A stretch of DNA of 64,000 nt from Candidatus Omnitrophota bacterium (GCA_029261035.1 JAJDCD010000012.1:6958-70957); one strand, 5' to 3'. Counted from the stretch's first letter, positions 19,316 through 28,410 are shown. Numbers and translations are program-made. The notes: generated by a model not told the origin, from the letters alone.

Positions 19316-19761
19316 TAAGCCAATAAAGATGCTACGATCTGGTTAATAGCCTTTCCATCCGCTTTACCGCCAACTTCAGCCATAATCAGCTTCATAGCCT
19401 GTCCCATTTGAGCTTTAGTTTCTATATTATTGTCTTTTAGCACCTTTTCTACGATAGGTTTTAACTCATCATTAGACATTTGTTCCGGTTGATATACCTT
19501 TAAAATATCTAACTCATCTTGTTCTTTTTTAGCCAAGTCCTCACGGTTGGCCTTATTGTATTCTTCAATACTGTCTTTACGTTGTTTTATCTGCTTCACA
19601 ATCATTCTTAACACATCTTCATCTGAAGCTTTATCAAGCTTATTGTCAATAAGATGAGATTTTATTGCGGATTTCAACATTCTTAAGGTCTGTAATTTTA
19701 ATTCTGATTTAGCTTTCATTGCGTCGATCACATCTTTATTTATAAGTTCTTCTAATGTCAC
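19315..19761 (-). CDS. GatB/YqeY domain protein
   Basis: 148 aa. The N-terminus LEELINKDVIDAMKAKSELKLQTLRMLKSAIK and the C-terminal GGKADGKAINQIV are typical of YqeY. Confidence 0.85.
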   Translation of the reverse strand: MTLEELINKDVIDAMKAKSELKLQTLRMLKSAIKSHLIDNKLDKASDEDVLRMIVKQIKQRKDSIEEYNKANREDLAKKEQDELDILKVYQPEQMSNDELKPIVEKVLKDNNIETKAQMGQAMKLIMAEVGGKADGKAINQIVASLLA

Positions 19762-19782
19762 AGGATGCTCCTTTTGTTATAT

Positions 19783-20274
19783 TTAATAAACTTCTCCTAA
19801 TTCATGAATATCTGCATTACTTGTTTCTAAATCCAACAAAGCTACCGTTGGTTTTCCTGTATTCGTACCACAACCTTCGCCAGGATTAATAATTACAGCA
19901 CGGTTCATTTTCTCTATTCTTGGCTTATGCGTATTACCGCAAATGATGTAATCCACAACTTGACTTTCTTTATCCATATTAACCGTAGATTCATCGTGAA
20001 TAATGAGAAAAGATTTTTCTTCTAGAATTAAATAATACGGAGGTTCTTTGATAGATCCTCCAGAGATTTCACGGGGTCCCTTTGTCAAAGAATCCATATT
20101 ACCCAAAACAGCATAAAATAAAATTCCAGAATTAATAAATTCTTTAGCTGCTTCCTGTGTTGTAAAATCACCCGCATGAATAATTGCTTTCACATCATTC
20201 TTTTTGAAAAATTCTATCGCACTGTGTATTTCCAAAAATGCATCATGTGTGTCTGAGATAATTCCAATTTTCAT
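19783..20274 (-). CDS. YfcE/MJ0936-family metallophosphoesterase
   Basis: MKIGIISDTHD, HAGDF, GNMD and GNTHKP metal-binding motifs. Confidence 0.8.
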   Translation of the reverse strand: MKIGIISDTHDAFLEIHSAIEFFKKNDVKAIIHAGDFTTQEAAKEFINSGILFYAVLGNMDSLTKGPREISGGSIKEPPYYLILEEKSFLIIHDESTVNMDKESQVVDYIICGNTHKPRIEKMNRAVIINPGEGCGTNTGKPTVALLDLETSNADIHELGEVY

Positions 20275-20330
20275 TTTAAACTTTCTGGTAATTCATTTTG
20301 TTTTCTTTTAAATAAATCTTCGCTTTCAAA

Positions 20331-23057
20331 CTACCAATCTTTAGCAACTTCTAGGTTCCTTGATTGCTCAGGAGGACGTCTAAGATATAACAAATCTTTC
20401 TCTGCTTCTTGTAAGGCATTTAGTATGCGCATAGCGCTATCTTTAGATATCTTACTTCCTTTTTGCTGATATCCACCCTGACCTATAGACTGCGGCAAAT
20501 TCTGCTCTCCTGGCTCACCTCCCCCACCTCCATTCATACCCTCTTCCAGTTCCTTTCTAAGCTCTTCTGTTGACTGTGGCCCCATAGAAGAACCTGCTCC
20601 TTCTTGCTCATTTTTCTCATCTAAAGTAGGGTCGTCTTCAGGGAATGGAATTGTTTCATCTTCTAAAGAATCTTCTTCTGGAGTTGGTATTTCAGCCTTC
20701 CCTTCTTCATCATCCTTCTCTTGATTAGAACCGTCTTTTTTCTCTTCATCTTCAGCCCCTTCACCCTCAGACTTCTTTTCCTCAGACTCTTCTTCGCCCT
20801 CATTTTTATCTGACTGATTCGACTCTGATTCCTCTCCCTTTTGCTGAGATTTTTCTTGTTCTTTTTGCTGCTGATTCCGTTGGTTGGTACCAGATTGAGA
20901 TTTTTGTTCCGACTGACTCTGTTGCCCATTCGACTGCTGGTCCTGGCTTTGAGATTGATTATTTTCTGAGTCTTCTCCCTGATCTTTCTCTTCTAACTTT
21001 TCTTGCTCTGATTTTTGTTCTTCTTCAGATTCACCTTTTTCTTTATCAGACTCCCCTTTACTTTCTTCTAATTCATTTTTGTCTTTGTCACTTTTCTCTT
21101 TACTGGATTGAGCGCTTTGATTATTGCTTTGTTGAGACTGCTCATTTTCATTTTGTTTCTCTTGCTCAGATTGCTGATTTTTAGATTGGGATTTCTGCTG
21201 CTCATTACCTTGCTCCTGAGAAGACTCAGACTGCTGTTGCTGATTTTCTTGACCTTCCCTGTTCTGCTGCTCTTGATTTTGCTGCTGAGATTGGCTTTGA
21301 GATTGTTGTGACTGTTGATCCTGGTTTTGTTGTTGTTGATTTTCTTGGCTTTGCTGCTGCTGAGACTGACTCTGGCTTTGTTGTGACTGTTGCTGTTGTG
21401 ATTGTTGATCCTGGTTTTGTTGTTGATCTTGCTGCTGACTCTGAGATTGCTGCTGAGATTGGCTTTGGTTCTGCTGGGACTGTTGTTGTTGATCTTGATT
21501 TTGCTGCTGATCCTGTTGCTGGTCTTTGTTTTGTTGGTCCTTTTGGTCTTTTTCTTTCTGTTGTTTTTCGTAATCTTCGTTTTCTTTCTTTTCCTCTGGA
21601 GACCTTCTCTCATCCTGCTCTTTTTCGTAATCTTCTTTTTTCTTTAACAAGAACTCTAAATTGTATTTAGCGTCTTTATCCTTCGGATTCAGGTCCAACA
21701 CTTTTTTATAAGCTGAGATAGCTTTATCAAAATTCCCTAAACGATATTGAGCATTTCCATAATTATACAAGCTTTTACCTATCAATTTTCCTTCTTCAGT
21801 CTTGTCTAAACCCTTTAGAGAAGTTTCAAAAGCGTTATTCGCTTCCTTAAATTGTTTTAACTGATACAAGGAACTCCCCATGTTATATAAAATTTTAGGG
21901 TTATCCTTATCTTTCTTAGCCGCTTCCCTATAAGTTTCCAAGGCTTGTCGGTACCTTTTTTCTTGGAAGAGTTCATTAGCCTTATTATTCAAAGCTGTTT
22001 TTGTTTCAATAAAACCCGTTAACATAGGGTACATAAGAAGTAAGAAAACAAAAGCTTTCATTTTTTTTCTATCCGTTAAAAGAAGTTCTGCTATAAACAG
22101 CAGAAAAGCCACAAAAAGAAAAAGTTGAAAATGATCTTCCTTCTCTGTAATTTCTCTTTCTTTAAAGGTTTTCTTTCCTAATCCTTGGATATGTTTGTAG
22201 ATAATATCTATTTCCTTTTCTCCAGGAGTTGAAGGAAAATATAGCCCCCCTGTTTCTTTCGCTATTTCCTCTAATTTAGAGCCATTTAATTTAGAGATGA
22301 CCACTTGCCCTAAACGATCCTTTTTAAAGCCTGTAATACTGTTTCTACCCCCTTTTAAGGGTATAGGGGCACCTTTTCTAGTCCCTACCCCCACGGAATA
22401 GATTCGAATATTGGATTCTTGCGCTTTTTTAACAATCCCCTCCAAACCTCCACTATGCTCTTCCCCATCCGAAAACACGATCATAGCCTTGTGCTTCCCC
22501 TTAGTATCAGGAAATGCTTTCAAGCCCGTCTTTAAGGCATTAGAAAGAGAAGATCCTGGGTCTGGAATATACCCAACCTTCACCGTATCTAAAAAGAGAT
22601 AAAAGGCTGAGTAATCAATCGTAAGAGGCGTTTGAAGAAAAGAGCTTCCGGCAAAGGCAACTAATGCAATTCTATCTCCTTTAATTCTACGAACAAAATT
22701 TCTGATTTCAAGTCTCGCTTTTTCAATTCGATTTGGTTTTATATCTTCAGCCAGCATGCTCAGTGAAGTATCTAACAAAAAGACAATATCCACTCCTTTC
22801 CTCTGAATTTTTCTTTTCTCCTCTCCCCATTGCGGTTGTGCTAAAGCTAAAATCAGAAAGAGAAAAGCCCCCAAAATTAGAGCGATTTTTATTTGAGCTT
22901 TCTTTTCTGAAGTAAATGGGGATAGTTTAGGAATTAATTTTAGAGAAGCAAATTGAGACAGAATACTTTCCTTTCGCTTCTTTCTCCAAAAAAAGAGTAA
23001 AGCAACTAAAGGAATTCCTAAAATAAAAAAAAGTATTGTTTCATTATAAAATTGCAT
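20331..23057 (-). CDS. BatB-like VWA protein fused to a TPR (BatC-like) module and a long Gln/Ser/Glu-rich low-complexity tail
   Basis: N-terminal TM helices. VWA domain with MIDAS DIVFLLDTSLSM. Two further TM helices (aa ~310-350). TPR repeats (aa ~355-470). Low-complexity region aa ~475-845. Conserved-looking C-terminal ~60 aa. Confidence 0.8.
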   Translation of the reverse strand: MQFYNETILFFILGIPLVALLFFWRKKRKESILSQFASLKLIPKLSPFTSEKKAQIKIALILGAFLFLILALAQPQWGEEKRKIQRKGVDIVFLLDTSLSMLAEDIKPNRIEKARLEIRNFVRRIKGDRIALVAFAGSSFLQTPLTIDYSAFYLFLDTVKVGYIPDPGSSLSNALKTGLKAFPDTKGKHKAMIVFSDGEEHSGGLEGIVKKAQESNIRIYSVGVGTRKGAPIPLKGGRNSITGFKKDRLGQVVISKLNGSKLEEIAKETGGLYFPSTPGEKEIDIIYKHIQGLGKKTFKEREITEKEDHFQLFLFVAFLLFIAELLLTDRKKMKAFVFLLLMYPMLTGFIETKTALNNKANELFQEKRYRQALETYREAAKKDKDNPKILYNMGSSLYQLKQFKEANNAFETSLKGLDKTEEGKLIGKSLYNYGNAQYRLGNFDKAISAYKKVLDLNPKDKDAKYNLEFLLKKKEDYEKEQDERRSPEEKKENEDYEKQQKEKDQKDQQNKDQQQDQQQNQDQQQQSQQNQSQSQQQSQSQQQDQQQNQDQQSQQQQSQQSQSQSQQQQSQENQQQQNQDQQSQQSQSQSQQQNQEQQNREGQENQQQQSESSQEQGNEQQKSQSKNQQSEQEKQNENEQSQQSNNQSAQSSKEKSDKDKNELEESKGESDKEKGESEEEQKSEQEKLEEKDQGEDSENNQSQSQDQQSNGQQSQSEQKSQSGTNQRNQQQKEQEKSQQKGEESESNQSDKNEGEEESEEKKSEGEGAEDEEKKDGSNQEKDDEEGKAEIPTPEEDSLEDETIPFPEDDPTLDEKNEQEGAGSSMGPQSTEELRKELEEGMNGGGGGEPGEQNLPQSIGQGGYQQKGSKISKDSAMRILNALQEAEKDLLYLRRPPEQSRNLEVAKDW
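21300..21480. repeat. about 90-nt (30-codon) imperfect tandem duplication inside the Gln-rich region
   Basis: The 23-nt string TGTTGATCCTGGTTTTGTTGTTG occurs exactly at 21313-21335 and again at 21403-21425, with similar flanks. Confidence 0.7.
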
Positions 23058-23072
23058 TCTTTATCACCTGTT

Positions 23073-24053
23073 TTAAGGAAGCTTTAAAAGAATCGTACTT
23101 CCTAACAATATTTCCAAAATCAAAAGCAGAATCGCTGGCCACAATAAATAAGGAAAGAGCTCGTTATAATTTGCATACTCCTTAACCTTAACTTCTGTTT
23201 TTTCTAATTCATCAATCTTTTTATAGATCTGTTCTAAACTACGCTCATCTCTTGCTCTAAAAAAAACTCCTCCTGTCATATCTGCTATTTGTTTTAACAT
23301 CTTTTCATCAATATCTACTTTTGCTTGAACATAACGTCTTCCGAAAAGAGGATCGTCCACAGGAAAAGGAACAAGACCTCCCCTGCCAATTCCAATAGTA
23401 TATATTTTAATGCCAAAACCTTTGGCTAGCTCAGCCGCCGTAACGGGATCAATGTTTCCAGAATTATTTTCACCGTCGGTAATTAATATGACAACCTTAC
23501 TTTTAGCATCGCTTTCCCTCAATCTATTGATTGCATTAGCTATAGAAAGGCCCACAGCTGTGCCATCTTTGATCATCCCAATCTTAACTTCGTCCATTAA
23601 AGAAACTAAAACATCATAATCTAATGTTAAAGGACATTGAGTGTAGCTTTGCCTTGCAAAAACAACTAAACCAATACGGTCATTCTTCCTTCCTTTTACA
23701 AATTTCTTAGCTTCTTCCTTTGCTACATAAAGACGGTTTTCAGGGGCAAAATCTTCAGCCTGCATTGAACCCGAAACATCCAGAGCTATAACAATATCAA
23801 TACCTTTTGTACTTAATTCTTTTTCACTTTCAATGGCCTGAGGACGAGATAAAGCGAGCACAATTAAAATCAACGTAATTATCCTCAACATCGAAAGAGC
23901 TCTTATAGGGTTCTGAGAACCGGCAATTTTAATCTTCTTGATCTCATTCAGAGTCGGAAACCTCAAACTACTACTTTTCTTTCGTATCGAAATAAAGTAC
24001 AAGAAAGGCAAAACGATTAAAAATATTAAAAATAAAGGCGATTCAAAATGCAT
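23073..24053 (-). CDS. BatA-like VWA-domain membrane protein
   Basis: Two N-terminal TM helices. MIDAS DIVIALDVSGSM. ILITDGENNSG. C-terminal TM helix. Confidence 0.85.
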   Translation of the reverse strand: MHFESPLFLIFLIVLPFLYFISIRKKSSSLRFPTLNEIKKIKIAGSQNPIRALSMLRIITLILIVLALSRPQAIESEKELSTKGIDIVIALDVSGSMQAEDFAPENRLYVAKEEAKKFVKGRKNDRIGLVVFARQSYTQCPLTLDYDVLVSLMDEVKIGMIKDGTAVGLSIANAINRLRESDAKSKVVILITDGENNSGNIDPVTAAELAKGFGIKIYTIGIGRGGLVPFPVDDPLFGRRYVQAKVDIDEKMLKQIADMTGGVFFRARDERSLEQIYKKIDELEKTEVKVKEYANYNELFPYLLWPAILLLILEILLGSTILLKLP

Positions 24054-25036
24054 TATCCAATCTCCTTTTCATTAATAACTTTCATTTTTTCTTCCCCATC
24101 TTTTTCTAAAGGCTCAGCTTCTCTCTCATATGTGTTTTCAATGATTTTCCAGGCCATCTTAAAGTCTTTTTGTATTTCTTCTGTTTGAGGGGTGTGTTTT
24201 GCGTATTTAACCATTTCCAAGGAATTAAAATATTCCATAATTAAACGGACATCTTCCTCAGATAAATTTAATCTCTTTATAGATTTAAATATTTCTAATT
24301 TCGTTTCCTCGATAGCATTAAATTTATATCTTTTTGAGAGGTACAATTTAATCACTTCGGATAAACCATAGTAGTAAGCCTTATGTTCTCCTCTAACCAA
24401 CATCCCACTATCTTTTATTCGATTGAGTGACTGAAAGGCTGCTTCATGAATCTTTAAAGGGGGTGTCTTAAAACGATCTAGAAGGTGAGGGTTTTTCCTT
24501 AAGAAAAAGAAAAGAAATATAAGGAAGAGAAAAAAAACAGCTCCGAAAATTATAAAAAAGAACTTCCAAAATTGAGAAGGTATTTCTGTAACCCCTTTAA
24601 TCCCTCGTATATCCTTCTTAACGGCACCCTTTTTATCAATGGAATGTACCGTGATATATAGTTTATTTGTTTTAATCTCTTTTTCTTTTCCGTCAATATC
24701 CTTAAAGCGAAGAGTTATTGGATCGATTACGTATTCACCCAACGTATAACTTGTTATTTCATAAGTTTTACCTTCAATGACCTGAGCTCCTTCTTTTCGA
24801 GGGGTAATATCAAGGGAAGACTTTATTTCAAAATTTTTTAACTTTTTTTGATCTAAAGAACTTAAAATCTCAATTTGCGGGTTTCTTTTAATTTCAATTC
24901 GATATTCTACTTTATCTCCTACGGTAATAAATGCTTTATTCACCGAAGCTTTAACAGAAATATCACCCACATCTTGAGAGTAAATTAATGGAGTCATTAG
25001 GGAAAACAATATTAAAAATAAAATCGACCGTCTCAA
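24053..25036 (-). CDS. BatD-like membrane protein (signal peptide, beta-rich ectodomain, TM helix, helical tail)
   Basis: Architecture only: signal peptide MRRSILFLILFSLMTPLIYSQ, a TM helix FFFIIFGAVFFLFLIFLFFFL, then a basic stretch. It lies inside the Bat-type operon. Confidence 0.5.
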   Translation of the reverse strand: MRRSILFLILFSLMTPLIYSQDVGDISVKASVNKAFITVGDKVEYRIEIKRNPQIEILSSLDQKKLKNFEIKSSLDITPRKEGAQVIEGKTYEITSYTLGEYVIDPITLRFKDIDGKEKEIKTNKLYITVHSIDKKGAVKKDIRGIKGVTEIPSQFWKFFFIIFGAVFFLFLIFLFFFLRKNPHLLDRFKTPPLKIHEAAFQSLNRIKDSGMLVRGEHKAYYYGLSEVIKLYLSKRYKFNAIEETKLEIFKSIKRLNLSEEDVRLIMEYFNSLEMVKYAKHTPQTEEIQKDFKMAWKIIENTYEREAEPLEKDGEEKMKVINEKEIG

Positions 25037-25074
25037 ATTATATCCTCTTCCTCATATAAGCTAACTCTAACAAT

Positions 25075-25959
25075 CTACTGCCTTCTTTTGCGAGCGTCTC
25101 TTTCTTTGAAAAATTTCATCAATGGATCTACATAAGATTCAGTAATATCTATTTCTATCTTATCCAATCCCGTCTTCTTAAATAGCTCGTCTATTTGGTC
25201 TAGATTTGCTTGAGTTTTCATGCAAAATTGTTTTTGAAATTTTTTACTTTGTGTATTTACAATTACCTCATCCCCTGTCTCCAAATCCTCTAATGCGAGA
25301 TAACCTATCTTAGGAATATCTCTTTCTCTTGGATCAAAAAGATGGACCCCAATAATGTCATGCTCTTTCCCTAAAATTTTTAGAGGCTTTTCGTAGTTTG
25401 AGTCTATGAAATCTGAAATTAAAAAGATAACTGCTTTTCGGGTTAGCACCTTATGCATGTATTCCAACACCATAGAAAGATCGGTTTTGTTATACTTAGG
25501 TTCATATGAGAGAATTTCTCGGACTACACGCAAAGCATGTTTTCGACCCTTCTTAATAGGAATGTATTTCTCAACTTGATCTGTAAAAAATATAAGTCCC
25601 ACTTTGTCGTTATTCTTCACAGCTGAAAAAGCGAGAAGCGCTGTGATCTCTGCTGCTATTTCAGATTTAAGCTTTTCACCCGAACCAAAAAAACAAGAGT
25701 ATGAAGCGTCAACAACAAAAAAAACAGTAAGTTCCCGTTCTTCAACAAACTGTTTTATATAAGCAGTTTCACTTCGCGCTGTTACATTCCAATCAATAGA
25801 ACGGATATCATCGCCAGGGACATATTCTCTAACGTCTGAGAATTCAATCCCCTGCCCCTTAAAAACAGACTCATATTCTCCTCCAAACAAATCATTAACT
25901 AAACGATTTGTTTTTATTTCAATGAGTTTTACTTTGCTTAATAGTTCTTTTGGTAACAA
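25075..25959 (-). CDS. DUF58-family protein (MoxR-associated)
   Basis: Motif DDIRSIDWNVTARS and a VWA-like core FFVVDASYS. It lies downstream of the MoxR ATPase, as in Bat operons. Confidence 0.85.
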   Translation of the reverse strand: MLPKELLSKVKLIEIKTNRLVNDLFGGEYESVFKGQGIEFSDVREYVPGDDIRSIDWNVTARSETAYIKQFVEERELTVFFVVDASYSCFFGSGEKLKSEIAAEITALLAFSAVKNNDKVGLIFFTDQVEKYIPIKKGRKHALRVVREILSYEPKYNKTDLSMVLEYMHKVLTRKAVIFLISDFIDSNYEKPLKILGKEHDIIGVHLFDPRERDIPKIGYLALEDLETGDEVIVNTQSKKFQKQFCMKTQANLDQIDELFKKTGLDKIEIDITESYVDPLMKFFKERDARKRRQ

Positions 25960-26074
25960 TTTAAGCTCCTTAAGGGACTGTCACTCATCTCCATTCAAAA
26001 TTTTAGCAATTAAGTTCTTAAAGTAAATTAATTTATATTTTGCATCTTCACTTTTTTGGCCCTGCCCTTTACCT

Positions 26075-26211
26075 AGGGGACACGCACTTTTGCCACAATT
26101 GCTGTCGCAATGGTTACAAAAGTCCATGTCCCCAACTTCGAGCTGTGCTAATTTGGGGACATGGATTTTTGATACTGTTGCTTGCAACTGTGTCAAAAAT
26201 GCGTGTCCCCT
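26075..26211. repeat. 137-nt nested inverted repeat (long imperfect hairpin) in the MoxR-DUF58 gap
   Basis: The outer arms AGGGGACACGCA (26075-26086) and TGCGTGTCCCCT (26200-26211) are perfect. The inner arms TCCATGTCCCCAA (26123-26135) and TTGGGGACATGGA (26153-26165) are perfect. The segments between them are largely complementary. Confidence 0.8.
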
Positions 26212-26231
26212 TCCTCAATATTAACCTTCTA

Positions 26232-27233
26232 CTACGGAACTTCTATTTGGTCGAATATTTTCTTAACAATATCTTCGGAAGTCATGTCTTCAGCTTCCGC
26301 CTCATACGTAATTAGGATACGGTGTCTTAGCACGTCCAATCCAATTTGCTTCACGTCTTCAGGTGTAACATAAGCTCTTCCTTTTAGAAAAGCATGAGCC
26401 TTTGAAGCTTTCGTTAACATAATACTTGCCCGAGGAGACCCTCCAACTGAGATTAAATTCTTTAATTCTTCCAATTTATATAATTCTGGATTACGCGTAG
26501 CAAAAACAATATCCAGAATATAATCTTTTATTTTTTCATCGATATAAATATCATTAACCAAACCTCTTAATCGAAGAATGTCTTTAGGATTAATCACTGC
26601 ATTTACATCAATTTCATCGCTTTTAGTAACTTTTTCAAGAATTAATTTTTCTTCTCTTTTATTGGGATAAGTAACGTTAAGTTTAAGCATAAATCGATCT
26701 ACTTGAGCTTCAGGTAGCGGATAGGTCCCCTCTTGCTCAATTGGATTTTGAGTTGCCAAAACTAAAAAAGGTTCTTCAAGCTTATATGTATTTTCACCAA
26801 TAGTAACTTGTCTTTCTTGCATCGCTTCCAGCAAAGCACTTTGCACTTTTGATGGAGCACGGTTAATTTCGTCAGCCAGAATGATATTGGAAAAAATAGG
26901 TCCCTTTTTAGTCGTAAAATTACCGTCTTTTGGGTTATAGACAAGAGTACCAATTAAATCTGCCGGCAAAAGATCTGGCGTAAACTGAATTCTTTGAAAT
27001 TTAGTGTCGATGGCTTGAGCCAAGGTATGAACAGATTTTGTTTTAGCAAGGCCCGGAAGACCTTCAATCAACACATGACCATTTGCCAAGATGCTGATAA
27101 GAAGTCTTTCTATCAGATACTCCTGCCCCACAATCACTTTATGAATCTCAGTGATGAGAGCTTCCACCAATTTGTGTTCATTTTTTACTTTTTCTGTAAT
27201 TTCTTTTATTACTGCTTCCATGACTACCTCCAT
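26232..27233 (-). CDS. MoxR-family AAA+ ATPase
   Basis: Walker A GLPGLAKT, Walker B and sensor region ILADEINRAPSKVQSALLEAMQERQVT, and ATQNPIEQEGTYPLPEAQVDRF. Confidence 0.92.
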   Translation of the reverse strand: MEVVMEAVIKEITEKVKNEHKLVEALITEIHKVIVGQEYLIERLLISILANGHVLIEGLPGLAKTKSVHTLAQAIDTKFQRIQFTPDLLPADLIGTLVYNPKDGNFTTKKGPIFSNIILADEINRAPSKVQSALLEAMQERQVTIGENTYKLEEPFLVLATQNPIEQEGTYPLPEAQVDRFMLKLNVTYPNKREEKLILEKVTKSDEIDVNAVINPKDILRLRGLVNDIYIDEKIKDYILDIVFATRNPELYKLEELKNLISVGGSPRASIMLTKASKAHAFLKGRAYVTPEDVKQIGLDVLRHRILITYEAEAEDMTSEDIVKKIFDQIEVP

Positions 27234-27264
27234 ATTCTATAGTTATTACGAATGAAAATTCATT

Positions 27265-28164
27265 TTAGTTTCTTGGTTCAAACTCACCTTTGGGTTCGTT
27301 AACCAGTTTTGATTCAAAAAATCGTTCTGACAATCTTTTAACTTCAGTGCTTTGTGCATATGTTAATTTAGTTTGAGAGTACTTACAGGATTCTAATTTT
27401 AATATTATTTCTAATAAAATATTTTTATCTTCGTCTGTCAAAGATTCACAGGACTGTATGTTGTTTTCATCCAAAACAATTAACTGATAGGTGTCACTCA
27501 GATATTTACTTATTTTTTTGGACAACAATTCCATAAACTCTGAAAATTGTCCATCTTCAAGCAAGCTACCCAATCTATTAATTTCATTTAAAACCTCTTG
27601 CTCTATACTAGGTTTTGAATCTTCAATTATCTTCTTCTTTTTTTTCTGTTCTTTAATAAAAAAAACGAGCATCAAAAGAAAAACCACAATTCCAGCAGAG
27701 GTTATCCATTTCCAAGGAATAACTAAGGGTGGTTTTCTAATAGATACATTTTGACCTGGGACTTCAATTTGACTCATAGAGCTCTTCCCCGTCTCTATGT
27801 ATTGAATAGGAAAGGAAGGAATAGTCACTTTGCCAGCTCTTGCTGCAATAAGTGTGAAATTAAAAATTCTTCTTTGAATTAACCAACCATTTTCAGTTTG
27901 AGCAGATTCAGACGATACCCCTGTGTTTTCAATTGTAAAACCTTCTATTTCTAATACGGGTGGAATAAATTTGACCTGATCTTCATTTCCTAACCATTCG
28001 ATGGAAACCTCTAAAATAGCCTTAGAACCAATAGTTGGCTCTTCGTCTTGAAACGTTATACTCTTATTAATGGTTAAGGATATAGGAGAATCTTCTTGAG
28101 CATATAAAGCATTGGCGGGTAATACAAAAAGGACAAGAACTGTAAAAATATAAATCCATTTCAT
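27265..28164 (-). CDS. BatD-like membrane protein (first gene of the Bat-type operon)
   Basis: Signal peptide MKWIYIFTVLVLFVLPANALYA, a beta-rich ectodomain, a TM helix AGIVVFLLMLVFFI followed by KEQKKKKK, and a helical tail. The architecture matches 24053-25036. Confidence 0.5.
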   Translation of the reverse strand: MKWIYIFTVLVLFVLPANALYAQEDSPISLTINKSITFQDEEPTIGSKAILEVSIEWLGNEDQVKFIPPVLEIEGFTIENTGVSSESAQTENGWLIQRRIFNFTLIAARAGKVTIPSFPIQYIETGKSSMSQIEVPGQNVSIRKPPLVIPWKWITSAGIVVFLLMLVFFIKEQKKKKKIIEDSKPSIEQEVLNEINRLGSLLEDGQFSEFMELLSKKISKYLSDTYQLIVLDENNIQSCESLTDEDKNILLEIILKLESCKYSQTKLTYAQSTEVKRLSERFFESKLVNEPKGEFEPRN

Positions 28165-28219
28165 ATTTAAACACTTTACTGTTAATAGGTTAGTAAAATT
28201 ACTTCAAAAGAGAATCCTT

Positions 28220-28247
28220 ATTATAGCAAGAAGGAATGAAGAGTAAA
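28220..28247 (-). promoter_or_regulatory. putative sigma-70 promoter of the Bat-type operon
   Basis: The minus strand reads TTTACT-16 nt-TATAAT (-10 at 28225-28220, -35 at 28247-28242), about 55 nt upstream of the ATG at 28164. Confidence 0.3.
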
Positions 28248-28384
28248 AGCAGGGATTTTTGGATCGGCACCAGATCTCAACACTTGGCACTGTTTCAGCT
28301 AATGCAAAATAGGGTTTTTCAATGGTTTAGAGGTTTGAGTGCCTGATCTTTAGACCTGACATTGTTGGGGCTTAAAGGTTTGTG

Positions 28385-28410
28385 TGTGCCAGACCTGAAG
28401 GCCTGGCACA
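28385..28410 (-). other. stable hairpin 73 nt downstream of the giant-ORF stop
   Basis: On the minus-strand RNA, UGUGCCAGGCC-UUCA-GGUCUGGCACA forms 11 bp including one G-U pair. The same position is an A-C mismatch on the plus strand. No U tract follows. Confidence 0.55.

Noticed and set aside
21068-21670. Stack of overlapping ORFs on both strands (181 aa, 120 aa, 81 aa, 67 aa) inside the BatB-TPR gene.
   Set aside because: They coincide exactly with the Gln/Ser/Glu low-complexity tract. Its CAA/CAG/GAA-rich DNA lacks stop codons in several frames. The translations are monotonous (poly-L, poly-K/N/S), and the surrounding long ORF is continuous with recognisable VWA and TPR domains.
25981-26373. 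Small ORFs on both strands in the MoxR-DUF58 gap (71 aa minus, 91 aa and 63 aa plus), the first being Cys-rich.
   Set aside because: They overlap a 137-nt palindrome, which automatically produces mirror-image ORFs on both strands. No RBS or family match is evident. I did not call them as genes, but the 71-aa ORF cannot be fully excluded (see the finding at 26075-26211).
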